64,000 nucleotides of DNA, taken from NCBI GenBank assembly GCA_009602725.1, contig WELB01000002.1:132021-196020 (forward strand), given 5' to 3'. Shown here in pieces: positions 36,036-49,733 of the stretch. Every line of letters starts with the position of its first letter. Position 1 is the stretch's first letter. Made by a program: the position numbers and the translations under genes. A model generated the notes under the pieces. That model was not told where the DNA came from. It was given only the letters and a program-made list of their open reading frames with translations, and did no database searches. Source of the stretch: Spirogloea muscicola. Lineage: Eukaryota.

Positions 36036-39000
36036 TTCCTCCCCACTTAGAAGTTCACGTCCTCGGGAACTAGGACAGACACCACGAACCCGAAGAGCTT
36101 TACTTCGACGGGGGCGTGTGGTACTACGACGCAAAGGGGAATGGCCTTTGGCAAGATACTTACGGAGAACGGCGCGACAATGGGCAAGATTGGCCGCCCA
36201 TTCCCACGTATTGTGCTCAGGTCCATAACCGAGCCACTAAACAAAATACCGAGCCACTAAACAAAATACTTTCGGGACTTACGTCGCCCACGGAGTTTGT
36301 CGCGGTGAGACATGATCTCCTCCACCATACTCCTCATTCCCAACGACGAGGGAGGTGGGGGCGGTTGGACACGACCATCCGAATGGAATGGTTCGAGCGG
36401 GGACACATGGAATACTTTGTGGAATTTCCATTGTACCGGTGTATCCAGCTTATAAGCAACCGGACCGACTCGGCGCATTACACGAAAGGGTCCAACCCAC
36501 TGTGGCAGCAACTTAAGAGTACCGACAGCCCGCAAGGAGGGGTGCTGTGTGCTTAAGAGCACTTGAGCACCAGTGTCGAAGGATATTTTCCGACGACTTC
36601 GATCAGCATACTCCTTTTGCCGTTGCTGGGCAATCTCCAAGCATTGCCTAATCCTCCGCTGAGCTTCCAGGAGGTTACTGGTAAAAGGGTTACAGCGGCC
36701 GGCACGTGTTCCGCCCTCCCCACCTGTAAAGGTACTCGGGGATGCTGACCGTAGTTGAGGAAGAATTGGGTGGATTCATGGAAGGCATTGCTCGCTGAAG
36801 CAAGATACTCATCCCAGTTACTTCGGCTGGGGTTTACACAAAGTGCCTTATCATGTCCGACAAGAACCGATCCACCAATTCCATCTGACCATCTGTTTGA
36901 GAGTGGAAATACGTGGACATGGATTGCTGGGTGCCAATCAGCCTGCACACTTCTTTCCAGAAGTGCCCCGTAAAGCGAGGGTCGCGGTCAGACACGATTC
37001 GCTTGGGAGCTCTGTGCAGTTTCCACACTCGATCCACGAACGGACCAGCAAATTCATTGGCTGACACCTTTGTGGTCGTAGGCACAAAATGCGCCATTTT
37101 ACTGAAACGATCCACAAATACGACGATGGCGTCACAGCCGTTCCGCGTCATCGGCAATCGGGTGATGAATTCACATCAGACCAGTTCCTCGGAGGAATCT
37201 CCAACGGTTGGAGCAACTTGGCAGGCTTATGAGAGCGTGCCTTACTGCGCTGGCAGGTGGCACAAGTCTTCGCAAAAGACTCCACTTTGACTTTCAAGTC
37301 CGGCCACCAAAAGAGAAGCTGGACAGCTTTCTTTGTCTTTCCCATACCCAAATGACCACTCTACGGAGGCTCATGCAGTTCGTGCAAGATACTGCTGCGC
37401 AAGGCATTGCAGTCAGGGACCACAATGGCGTCACCTTGCCACCAGAAAGAAGCCTTGGTCATTTACTAGTGTGCGTGTATTGCTTTCATCTGCAAACCAT
37501 GGGTCTGTGCCATACCCATCACGAAAACGCACATACAGCTCAGAGAGGTTGGCGGTAGACTGCCGAGCAGCTCCACGAGTAGGCCGCACGTCTGCGGTCT
37601 GAACCCTTGAAGCGTGCAAGACAGCCGCCACAGCAGGCTCTGTAATGTTACGGCTCACCGAATCCGCAACATTTAAATTTCCAGAGCGGTACAATCACTG
37701 GAAACGGAATGTGGCCATGCACTTAGCTCACGGTGCTTGACGCCTGCTCGATTGCTGTTGTGTGTAACAGTAGGTCAACGGGCAATGACCCGATACAACC
37801 GTACATGCAACACCCACGAGAATGCAGCGCCACAAAAGTATGGCGAGCACAACAGCAAGGAGCTCTTGCTCTCCCGTAGCGAAGTTACGCTCTGCAGGAC
37901 AAGGCAGGCTACCTTCAAAATGCTACAGGGTGACCCTATTGCAAGAGAACGGCACGAGTGCCGATCAAATAGGCGTCACTACTGAAATGGCTAACCTTCT
38001 CGAGGCAAGGCCAAAACGGGTGGATTTACCAGGACCCGTTTTCAAACCTCAAATGCGCTCTGGCATTTGGACGTCCACACCCAACTGACGTCCTTACGAG
38101 TGAGCTTCGTAAGAGGAGATGCCATACTTCCGTATTCTTACAGAAACTTACGGAAGGGGTTTGCGGATGCCAAGAAGGACCGCAACTGTGGTACATTCCG
38201 TGGCACATTGACGATTACAGTCCTTTATTACTTCGTGGGGTTGACGCGAACCCCGTCTTTGCCCTATAAAGATTCCGGCTGGTTATACACATATTCCGGC
38301 ATACGGTTTGCACTCAGCAATTGCAGTACATGCTGCAAGTGCGGTGCGCAAACCTCAGGCGTTTTACAGAACACCAGTCTGCCTTTTACTCGAACAAGCA
38401 CAGAGTCACATCTTAGGGGGCCAAAGACCTCATCATCACAACCGGACACGTGGCAAGTGCTTTTGGTGAACCAAAACGGAGCATCTTGCAGCAGAAGTAG
38501 CCGAGCGGCCTACAACAAGCCAAACGGGACTTCCTCAGGTGTGAGACGAAAATGGTCATCACCACTTTGCAAAGCGGGGGGAGCTATACACATAAGCTCC
38601 CGCAAGACGATGTTACAGATCGTCAATGCTAAGCAAATGGCATGCTATCTCGACAGTGAGCTCGTTCACAGCTTGTACTCGATGCACATCCAAAGATTCA
38701 GCCTACTTCACAACGAAGAGGATGAGTGCACCGCACGATAATTGTCAAGAGTCACACCATGTGAGATACAACACTCACAAGAGAGTCAGGGGGAGACTCT
38801 GTGCGCATCATCACAATTACATACTCAGCATAGCTGGATGCATGTGAGAATACGTCTTCAAGTGCAGCCTTCCGGCTTAGCTTGCCAGGGTGCTGGTCAA
38901 AGCAATCCCACACAGGTCAACCCTTTGTCAACCAAAGGCAGAGACGAGCATTCCCCCTGAGTACACAAAATACTAGTCCGCTGAAGGCGTCATAAGCCGG

Positions 39001-41062
39001 CGGCTTACACTCGAGTGCACCGTGCACTCAGGTACATCGCTGGACCAATGGCGCAATCTTCACCATTCCGCATATGGGCTTCCGTCTCGGGCAGGACATA
39101 GGGCCGTACATGGTCTTGTCCATACACGTTATAACGTAGGCTTCGCAAGGTGAGTACCGAAGCAGGGGTCATTTGTGCCGTGGCATTACACAGGACTGAC
39201 TTCACGATCAAGTCCACAATTTCCACGGACAGAAGCCACAACTAGGCCAGCTTGGTTTGGGCGTTACTACATCAGAGCCCAGCTTGTACAAGACTGATGG
39301 AATCCGGCAAGCCCGTGCTGATCAACAACACAGCCGACATTTGCCAATTACTTTTTTGCATTTTGTCCATTTGCCAGTGTAAGTTGCAAGATACCAGTCG
39401 GCTTTACAACCAAAGTCCTGTTGCTCAGAAGATTTCTTACTGACACAGGAGGTAGAAGCCTCCGCGTTGACAAGGCTATAAGCTGGACAATCAGCCTCCA
39501 GTCCTTGGACTACAATCTTGGCGCTGTGGCACCGGGTGCCGAGGCACTTACACAACAGTAAGAATATAGCTACGAGCAGTTTAATAGCTGTGGGAAAAAC
39601 GCCATCATCTCCATAGTACGTGGGAGTGGCCCGCCTTCCGGCGATACGACAAAGCCAACTCTGCTGGAGGTACAGGGTTTACTCCCCGACTGCACGGTGC
39701 GATGAAGAGGACTGTGCTCAGTATCGTGTAAACTGGTCGTGTTCGCATGCACGTTTGGAGCATCTTTGCAACTGATTAGAATTCACCCATACAACGAGGT
39801 GCTCTTCATTCACCAGCGCTTGCATAAGCCTATGCAAAGAGCGTACTACTGGCACAACAGACTGCGGACACACACATGTCCTACAAGTTTGAGGTGACGA
39901 TACATACCTCGTCACATGAAAGTCAGCGGGCGTAAAGCTTCGCGTACTTATCATCCGTACATAGGGGTCAGTGAGTGGTGGAAGAAGTCCCAAGTGTTGT
40001 ACACTCTGGGGTGGGAGGACGACTTCACAGTATTCCACCATGCGGCAGCGTCATCAGTAAGATATGTAGCTGCAGTTCCCAAGCGGAATTCGAACGGTGT
40101 CGCGCATATCATGAACCAGTCGTTCAGTTTGCGGAATCAGGCGGTAGGACTACCTTGCCCATCGTACTTGGAGGGCTGGCACGGCCGGGCACGGCCCAGT
40201 TGCCTAAAATAGCGTAATTTTGCCTTGACGCGACGAACTCGCAGCTCTTCAGCATACACACGAGCGAGTATTGTTCACATCTCTTCGCGTGGCGCTTCCC
40301 ACTCCGGGATTGCCAGCAAATCATCACTCAGAATGGCATCCGCTATTTGCTCCACAAGATGCACAAGGCGTTGCACCTCGGCCGGAGTCAGGCCGTCCAG
40401 GTCGGGTGCGTGGAGCTCCGCCGACTCACTCTCCGTCTCCTCGACCTCGGCCGGAGGTACGACCGGTGGAGGAGGATTAGGTTGCGCACTTGTGTCAGCC
40501 GACTCCATGCCTTTACACCAGCACACTGAGGGATCAAGTCAGTGGAGGGCGTAAGACACAACGGCTAAGACAATACTACCACAATGTTACTGAGCAAGCT
40601 AGTGCCCCAGGCAAACAAAGCAATCATGATAGTGCGCAAGTCATACCCCCAAAACACAAAGTCGCACGAGCGAGCTGAGGGAGGGGCCAGGACTGGTGTA
40701 CGGACCAGCTTCTGGCACATAGCCAGATTTCGCCGCCCAGCGGCGGTCGGTTTCACCTCCTTGTCACGCAGACAGGCAATCCGCCGACCGCAGGTGGTTA
40801 CGCAGGCGAAATACTGACCTGGCAATTGCCGCTGGGGCGGAGAACCACTTGATGTTGGCCGACCCCAGATGCGTGGATGCAGCCGGCGAGTGTCCACAGC
40901 ACCAATCGGCCCGCCGATGCGGATCCACGGGTACACTCTGGCAAGGGATCTAAGTCACAACAGACTAGTCAGTGCCAGAGCATCAGAAGGTCCCTTGCAT
41001 GTGTCAGCCATTTTATCACAGAATACGAGGCTAGCAAGATGCAAGGACTCCTCTGATACCAA

Positions 41063-41978
41063 TGTGACGTTCCTGACCCTTAAGAGCGCAGTCAGGGGTC
41101 AGTAAGTCCTCATTGATTTCGGTCGCTGGGGTTTAGAGACAAACCCCCAGCACAGAGAAGCACCACCTATACTACGCAGCGGAACACCTCGCCCTGAGGC
41201 GCCGCCGACAGGCGGCGACTCACCTCTTCAGGTACGGGCCAGCAACTGTCCCCAGTGGGAGCAGCCACAGTGTACTTACAGGAGAGCCGATAAAGATCCG
41301 CAGCGACGGGTTGCGGCGTCGGGCTGCAGCAGCAGGCAGCAGCAGGCCTGCGTGGACGAGCTGCGGCAGCAGGCGGCAGCAGGGCTGCGCGCCTCTCTCT
41401 CGCGTGGGCGTCACTGACTTGGACCGATTACCCTGAGCCTGGTCTCAGCCCTACTTGTAGTGCTTCATGTGCCACCCTCCCCAGGGCTCTCTGGGAGGTT
41501 CGTCTCAGGGCCCACCTCGAGGAGGCGGGCCGACAAGGGGAATCTAGTACGTGGCCAGGCCACGCGGCTTCCTTCTGGAAGTGGCGGCCAGTGGCGGCCA
41601 ATGGCGGCCAGCCTGCGGCGCCGCCGAGCGGTGGCGCTCTGACTGCGGCGCCGGCTTGCGGCGCCGCCAGTGCGTCACGGGTGTGGCGCGGCGTCACGGG
41701 CGCGCCACACGTGTCACATACACGTCATTACGGGTGTGTCGGCAGATCCCAGAATATGCCGAGGAGCTTCTCTCCGGAAGTCCAGGATTGGCCACCTCTG
41801 CTGGAGGCGGCCGCGCCTGCACGTCACATCGTCAGCAGGCGCGTCACACCGCGCGACACCTCACGCGGGTCGCTCGCGCGTCGCACGCGCGTCGCACGCG
41901 TCAGGCACGTGCGCGTCAGTGGTTACACGATAGCGCTTAACTCGGAGTTAAGCGTCCCGTAACGGCGGGGACGTTGCA
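41063..41978 (-). repeat. 5' LTR of the 35096-41978 element
   Basis: Next to the PBS complement CTCTGATACCA. Confidence 0.93.
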
Positions 41979-43829
41979 GCCCTGCTGCCGCCTAGCCAGC
42001 CCCCGCTGCTGCCTAGCCAGCCCCGCCCGCTGCTGCTGCCGTCTGCTGCCCATCCCGTCGCCACAGCTCGTCGCTGCGGGCCCTGCCGGCTCTCTGGACA
42101 GGGATGCTACAGCTCGGCTGCTGCCGCCTGCTGCCCAGCCCGTCGCCGCAGCTCGTCGCTGCGGGCCCCGCCGGCTCTCTGTAAGTCTATGGGTAAAGTC
42201 ACCGCCCTAGGGCGGTGCCTCAGGGTAAGACTTCCGCTGCGCTCTGTGCGCGTATGTGCGTTGGCGTTTCTTCTGTATGAGGGTTGTCTCCTAAACACCC
42301 TATGCTTGAATCTAAACCAGGGCAATCTGACCCTAATTGTGTGATTAGGGGCAGGGATGTTACACACGCACTCTCCTGCTGAGGCGGGACGAAGGCGAGG
42401 CTCACTGAGAGGCCGCATGCACGCGCTCTCCTGCTGAGGCGGGCGTTCCTTCTTACCAAGCCGTGGCAGCTCGGACGAAGGCGAGGCCTACTGAGGGGCC
42501 GCACCTCAGTCCCGCCGGGGGCTCGAGGATATGGCGTCGGAGCCACGCGTTGGTTGTCTTCGCTGCGGCGACCCGAACCATCGCATCCGGGATTGCAAGG
42601 CGTTGGGCCTTCAAAATTTTGGCTGGCACGTCCCCTCGGGCGGGGCAAAGGCAATGAAAAGGGCATGCGAGAGTCCCCACCTAAGCCTCATGAATTAGCT
42701 CAAAGGGCAAGCCGTTTGACCTCGTTGCCCAGGCCGGCCTGCAGTTGGACGTACCTGGTGTACACCCGGTGTCTGCTCGTTTGCAAGCTCTTGGGGCAGC
42801 TGGGCCTCTTTGTGTGTGGGTGTCCCACGCTAACTTGCACGCAGCAGCGAATATGTACCTGAGTGGCCTTTTCCGCCTGAAGACGTGGTGTTCGTCCCTT
42901 GTGCCTTGGAGGCGCAACGTGCATCGACTCCGCGTGGGATGACGCTGCTGTGCTCGGGTGATGCGGGACACCAGCTCCTACTGCCTGGCGGTGATGGTAC
43001 TCAGGAGAGGCCGCATCCAGCGAGACTGCTGGTCGATGTCGCCCGCCACCCAACTCTTGGTGCTGTACACGGGGTACAGACGATGCTATTTGAGGGGCTG
43101 GTTGCTGATGCACCGGCTAGGATCCTCATGGACTCAAAGGCCACTGCGTCCTTAGTCGATAAGAACTTGATTGGTGTCCCTAGTTTGGATGTGGAGTCCA
43201 CTGCTTTGGAGCGCGTGACATTCGTCAATAGCCAACCCACCGATGTGCTGGGTCAATGCTAAGTCTTCATTCGCATCCAGCTTCGGGGCCGTTGTGTCTT
43301 GCTAGCCATTGTGCTGGCTGGGAATTTAAATGTCATCTTGGAGGATGAGTGGCCTGAAGCCACATCAGCATGTCTTGATTTTGAGCGTCATAATTGAAGT
43401 GTACAACGTTGCGCACGGCGCCTTGTCCTTTGCAATGAGGATGATTGGCTTGGTGCCACATCGGGATGCCCTGACTCGAAGTCATGATTGCACTGTACAA
43501 CGTGGCGCACGGCGCCTTGTCCTTTGCAACGAGGATGATCGTCTTAGTGCCACATCAGCATGCCTTGACTTTGAGCGTCATGATTGCACTGTACAACGTT
43601 GCGCTCGGCGCCTTGTCCTTTGCAATGAGCAGACCTCTACACCGCCATGGGCGGCTTGCAATTCGACTCTGCTGTTGCCACGCAGATGAAGAAGCTGCTG
43701 CACAAGCAAGCGGTCGAGTCCGCGTACCTTGTGTTGATGACGTCGTGTGACGAGTCTGCCCCTGACTCGTATGTGAGTGCTGAATCCTGACAATGCGTGA
43801 TTCTTAATAATCTACTGGATGACTACTCG

Positions 43830-46800
43830 TGTAATGAACCAGCCGTTTGGTTAAGCCATATGGCTCTGTTGCATTACATGACCGACTCTTTGGGACAAGT
43901 GGGCCCGCCAGGTGGCGGGCCGGTTTGGCGCGCAAGGGGCCCGCCAGGTGGCGGGCTGGCTGGTCGCGCAAGGGCCCGCCCGGAGGTGGGTCCCGCCGTT
44001 CGAAATGCCCCTCGATGATTCGCCAGTTCAAACCGGAAGATATCGGGCCCGCCGCAAGGCGGGCCTTGGGGCGACCCGCTCACACCCCTGGAGGGGGGGT
44101 GGCACGGGGAAGCACTAATGAGCCGTGGGGGCTGAGTTTCAACAGACAGTCCAAACAAGCCCGTGAAGCTCAGAGCACCTTGCCGCTGCTCGCTGCCGCA
44201 GCCGCCGCCACACTCCACTGCGGGGGCCTGCTGCGCCGGCCTGCGCCCAGGAGGTGGAGTAGCCGTCGGACGGCGGCTTCCACAGGGCCTATCTTCCGCT
44301 GCTGCGCGACGCTAGTGCTTTCACGTGTAGTGGGTTGGCCTCTAAACACCCTACGGCCGAAACCAATAAGGACTGCTCACATTAACTGCGTGTGTAGGGC
44401 GAAGATTCTCTACATTTGGTATCAGAGGCGGTCTTGCATCCATCTGCGCTTGTGACTTCTTGTGCTCGCTGCTGATGATGCAAGGATCACCTTGATGTGC
44501 TGGCCTGACTTTTTCTGTCAAAGTCGAAGTGCTTGCCAGAGATTGGTCGGTGAGGCGGCTCAGCGGACGCGCCGGGAGCAGAGGCATCTTTGCGCAGAGC
44601 CAGCAACGACCAGCGCCAATCTGACTGCCCGATCCCTGAGGACCACATGCTGCGTCCGCAACCTTTAAGGTGTGGCTTGAGCTTTGCAGCCTTTGTGTGG
44701 TAAGGGTAGTCTCGTGGCCAACATCGATCGAGTGCATCGATCTTGGTCATATCTGCGGCTGTCTGCCTTGCCTGCTGATTGAGGTGTGAGGTTGCGCGTT
44801 GCCTTGCTTGCTCGCTCGCTGGTGCACCAGTCTTGCGATGCCTTGCATTGCGGTATGGAGTGTGTGATTTGCTGACTGTCGGAGCTGAATTGATCACTCA
44901 GTGTCCTTCAGACAGCATGACGTCACGCACGTCCAGTGCGCTGCCGAGCCCTACTCGGGAGGGAGAGCAGTCGGCTGCTGCGGCAGCGGCTGCTGCGGGG
45001 CTAGCTGCCCAGGCAGTGTCTGCTGCGGAGCACGCCCAAGCGGGGCAGGCCCAGGAGGGGCAGGCCCAAGCGGGGCAGGCCCAAGCGGGGCAGGCCCAAG
45101 AGGGGCAGGGCGAGCTGGGAGCCGGAGGCCTGGAGGGCTTGTCGGCTGGGGACCTGCACCGAGTTGCACTCCTTACGGCGGACCTGGCGGCAGTCCAGGC
45201 TGCAATGGGCCCAGTTCCGGAGGGCCTCTACCGCCTGCTGGAGCGCATGTGCGAGGAGCACCGAACCACCATCGCCCAGCTCCACGCGACACAGCGGCAC
45301 GCCCAAGAGACCAATGCTGCCATGCATGAAGCGTTCTAGACCCTTCACAGACAGTCAAGGGTAAGAACGTGCTGATTTTAATCGGTCGTTGGGGTTTAGA
45401 GACGAAACCCCCTGCACAGAGAAGCACCACATTCACACGCAGCGGAATACTATGTATGCCCTGAGGCGCCGCCGACAGGCGGCGACTCACCTCTCGGTAC
45501 GGGCCAGCAACTGTCCTCGAAGGGAGCAGCCACAGTCTACCTTCAGAAGAGCCGAGGAAGATCCGCAGGGACGGGTTGCGGCGTCGGGCTGCAGCAGCAG
45601 GCAGCAGCAGGCCTGCGTGGACGAGCTGCGGCAGCAGGCGGCAGCAGGGCTGCCCGCCTCTCTCCGGCGTGGGCTTTGCTGACATCGACCGGTGCACTGA
45701 GGCAGGACTCAGCCCTACTTATAGTGCTTCATGTGCCACCCTCCCCAGGGGTCTCTGGGAGGCTCGCCTCAAGGCCCACCTTCGAGAAGGCGGGCCCGAC
45801 AAGGGGGATACGATCGTGAGGGCGGCGGCGCCGCCCTACGCGGCGTGGTGCCGCCTGGCGCGGCGCCGTCAGGCGCATCACAGCGCCACACGCGTCACAG
45901 GCATGTCACTACGGGCCTGGCGGTCCGGTGGCCAGGCGGCTATGCCGCCCGGCGGCCCGGCGGCCATGCGGCGGCCAGGCGGCTATGCCGCCCGGCGGCC
46001 CGACGGCCATAAGGCGGCCATGCCGCTGGCGGCCAGGCGGCCCGGCGGNGGCGAGCCGCGGCGCGCCGCGCGTCACTGACGCGCGTCGCCCACGTGTCGC
46101 ACGCCAACGATACTGGGGCCGCGTGCCGTTACTACGCGTTGGCGTTTAACCCAAGGTTAAACGTCACGTAACGCTGGGGACGTTACAATGCATCTGGTGC
46201 GCAAGAGCGACGGCAACCCGCTGCAGGGCGTGCAACGGCCCACCCACCCCGCCAGTTCACCGGACAGGACGACCGCGGTGGGCTGCAATCTTGGCTCAGC
46301 GAAATGGCGAAAGGGTTCGCCACCAAGGAGGCGGACGCGACGGCTTGGGTGTCGCTAGTGGCGACGTACCTCGGGTGGGAGCCTCGGGAGTGGTGGGACT
46401 CCATAAAGAAGAACACGACGCCGGCCGAGCACAATGACTGGGCATTTTTTCGCTGAGCAGCTGATGTCGGCGTACGGCGACCCGCACGCGGAGCTGCGGG
46501 CCCGTGACGAATTGGATGCCCTGCGCATGGGGAGCGAGCGGAGCGCTCATTTTGAGCCCTATGTCCGCCGTTTCAGGCTGCTCATCTCCAAGCTGCGGAA
46601 TGAGCTTATGCAAGCCATTGACCAGTGTCAGAGATTCAAGGCGGGGCTTCCCTTTGAGATGCGCTCGTGGGTGGCAACGGACCCCGCTACTACGAAGGCG
46701 TTCACGGACGTTTCCAAGATGGTCGAACATGCCAGAAAGGTAGTCAGCACGCCAGATCTGGGGTGTGGCAGGCGTCCCCTGCAGGAGGCAGAAAGGTCGG

Positions 46801-49733
46801 CGGAGCCAGACCGCAGCAAGAAGAGGTACCACCCGAAGGAGGGTCAGAACGCTCGTCCCCACGGCAGCTTCCACAAGCCACGTGTGGCAGGTGAAGACAG
46901 TTCCCAGAAGCCGCGCGAGCCAGGTGGTGGCTGCTATGGCTGCGGAGAGTAGGGCCATCAAATTCGGGATTGCCCGGCGGCAGGACCGTCATCTCGGCCA
47001 CGTCCACAGCGCCCGATGGGCCGGGGAAACGGCAATATCAAGGGCAAGCGTGAGTGCCTGACCCTTGCCTCTGGGAGCCATTTCATTCAGCCAGAAGCAC
47101 TTGAGCTGTTTGATCTTGCCGGCATTGCTTGCCCATCAACCAAAGTACCGGTTGTACGCTCCATTCCTGCTTTATGGCAAGGTCTGGAGGCCGGAGGGCC
47201 TCTATTTGTGTGGGTTGCCACAATGACTGTCAATTAGCTGCTGATGTATATCTGAGCTGGCCTGAGCGCCGAGGGGCTGAAGAAGCGCTGTTATTCATCG
47301 TGCCGCAGAAGCGTGGCGTGACTAATCGAGCTCTGGGGATGGCGCTGTTGTGCTCGCACGAGGCGGGACACAGGCTCCTTAGGCGTAGCGTCGATGCCTT
47401 CCAGCGTAGGTCGCACCCGACCTCGGTCCGGGTCTACGTCACTCACACCCAACTCCTAGGCAGTGTCCACGGGGGACACACTGTGCTATTCGCGGGGCTG
47501 GTTGCTGCGGCACCAGCTAGGATCCTCCTAGACTCAGGGATCTCAGTGCCCCTTGGTAGGTGTGGATTTGGTGTGCTCCGCTGGCTTGCATTTGCAAGCA
47601 GACGGTCTATCTAGCGTGACATTGGCCGATGGCCACCCCACCAATGTGCTGGATTTATGCAGGATTTCCTTTCCACATTATAAATCGGAAGTGCTTTGCT
47701 ACGCTATCGCGTTGACCGTCGCATTTCATGTGACCTTGGGAGATACTTGCCTTCGTGCCACATCGGCATGCCTTGACTTTGAACGGAGGACTTGCACTGT
47801 CTCACGTGGCGCACGGCGCTTTGTCCTTTGCAAGGTTTCCCTGTGGACCGCTACTAGCGGCAGGGGCTTCCATTCTGCTGTCCGCCATGCAGATGAAGCG
47901 ATTGCTTCACAAGAACACTGTGCAGATGGCATTTCTTGTGATGGGGGCGTCGACTGACGAGTCTAAGCTTGACTTGTGCGTGAATACAGCGGATTCACAT
48001 TGCGGGGTTCTTGATACGCTTCTGGACGAGTTTGCGGATGTGTTTCCCGACTCTCTTCCAGCCGGTCTACCTCCTCACCGAGGTGTGGCTCATACAATGC
48101 AATTGGAGCCAGGCGCCATACGGAGCTGCCATTCTCTTTGTCAAAAGGGGAATGGCACTCTACGGATGGGCATTGATACCGGGCTTTGAAAGAGCTGATT
48201 ATCAAGACCCGTCGCACCATTCGCGGCGCTGCCGCGTTGGCTGCCTTGAATGCTTCTGGAGTGTGGGCTGCAGAATTGCGTCCGACTCGTCAAGCTTCTC
48301 GGCAACCCACGGCTGACCTCTCTGAACTCTATGTCCGTATCCATCAAGGGTATGGCAAAGACTCGTGGTTTGCTCACACCGCCAACGTAAGCGCCCTCAC
48401 TGATGACAAAGGCTTTTGGTGGCAAGGCGACGCTATTGTGGTCCCAGACTGCAAAGCCTTGCGCACTGACATAATGCACAAGCTGCATGATACGCCTTGC
48501 AGTGGTCTTCTGGGAGTGAGCAGCACCCAAAAGGCTGTGCAACGCCTATTTTGAGCTTTCTGCGTACGATTTCGATGGCATCTTTGTGATAAGGTGTGGA
48601 GATGGCATGGAGAACCTGACACAGGAGACTCCATTCGTCCTCAACTATGGTCAGCATCCCCGAGCTCCACTTTAGGGGGAGAGGCCGAACGAGTTTCCGC
48701 CGCTGTAGCCTTTAATTGGACTTACTTGGAGGCTCAGAGACGAGCTCGGCAATTCTTGGCAATTGCTCAGAGTCGCCAGAAGGCTTATGCTGACAAACGG
48801 AAGGACCTGTCCTTCGATGTTGGTGCGCAAGTTCTGCTTAGCACGAAGCACTGATCCTTGCGGGCTGTGGGTACGCGCCTTGACTTTGAGGTGAAAAGAT
48901 ATTCTCACAGGGACAAGCCTCGAGGGCGTACGACCCGTGAGTATCTGGTGAAGTGGCTCGGGTATGGGCCTGAGCACAACACGTGGGAGCCTGCGGCCAA
49001 TTTGGCATATTGTCCAGATTCTCTCAGGGAATACCTGGCCAAGGTTGGTAATTCTCCTAGGCTTGGTAGAGGCAGCAGCCGGTGGGCGTTAACCCCTGTC
49101 GGCTGTTCTCTCGTGGTTCCCGAGGACGTGAACACCAGAGTGGGGAGGTATGTAATGAATCAGCCGTTTGCTTAAGCCATACGGCTCTGTTGCATTACAT
49201 GACCGACTCTTTGGAACAAGTGGGCCCGCCAGGTGGCGGGCCGGCTTGGCGCGCAAGGGGCCCGCCAGGTGGCGGGCTGGCTGGGCGCGCAAGGGCCCGC
49301 CCGGAGGTGGGTCCCGCCATTCGAAATACCCTTCGACGATTCGCCGGTTCAAACCGGAAGATCTTGGGCCCGCCGCAAGGCGGGCCTTGAGGCGACCCGC
49401 TCACACCCCTGGAGGGGGGTTGGCACGGGGAAGCACTAAGGAGCCTTGGGGGCTGAGGCTCAACAGACAGTCCAAGCCCGTGAAGCTCAGAGCACCTTGC
49501 CGCTGCTCGCTGCCGCAGCCGCCGCCGCACTCCACTGCGGGGGCCTGCTGCGCCGGCCTGCGCCCAGGAGGTGGAGTAGCCGTTGGACGGCGCCTTCCAC
49601 AGGGCCTATCTTCCGCTGCTGCGCGACGCGCTAGTGCTTTCACGTGTAGTGGGTTGGCCTCTAGACACCCTACGGCCGACCCCAATAAGGACTGCTCACC
49701 CTAACTGCGTGTGTAGGGCGAAGATTCTCTACC
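43830..49733 (+). mobile_element. Structurally complete, internally deleted chromovirus (family B); TSD ACTCG
   Basis: LTRs 43830-44414 and 49151-49733; PBS 44417-44427; gag from 44917; RT/RH largely deleted; chromodomain ~48880-49050; ACTCG at 43825-43829 and 49734-49738. Confidence 0.93.
45327..46187 (-). mobile_element. Solo LTR, family A; TSD ATGCA; inserted in gag
   Basis: ATGCA at 45322-45326 and 46188-46192; homologous to 5836-6732. Confidence 0.94.

Larger units (their letters stand above)
35096..41978 (-). mobile_element. Structurally complete non-autonomous chromovirus (family A'); TSD GCCCT
   Basis: LTRs 35096-36035 and 41063-41978; PPT at 36036; PBS 41051-41061; GCCCT at 35091-35095 and 41979-41983; all coding domains heavily disrupted. 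Confidence 0.94.
34562..42364 (+). mobile_element. Solo LTR, family E; TSD CACGC; split by the 35096-41978 element
   Basis: TGTAACG at 34562, ...GATGTTACA at 42364; CACGC at 34557-34561 and 42365-42369. Confidence 0.9.
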
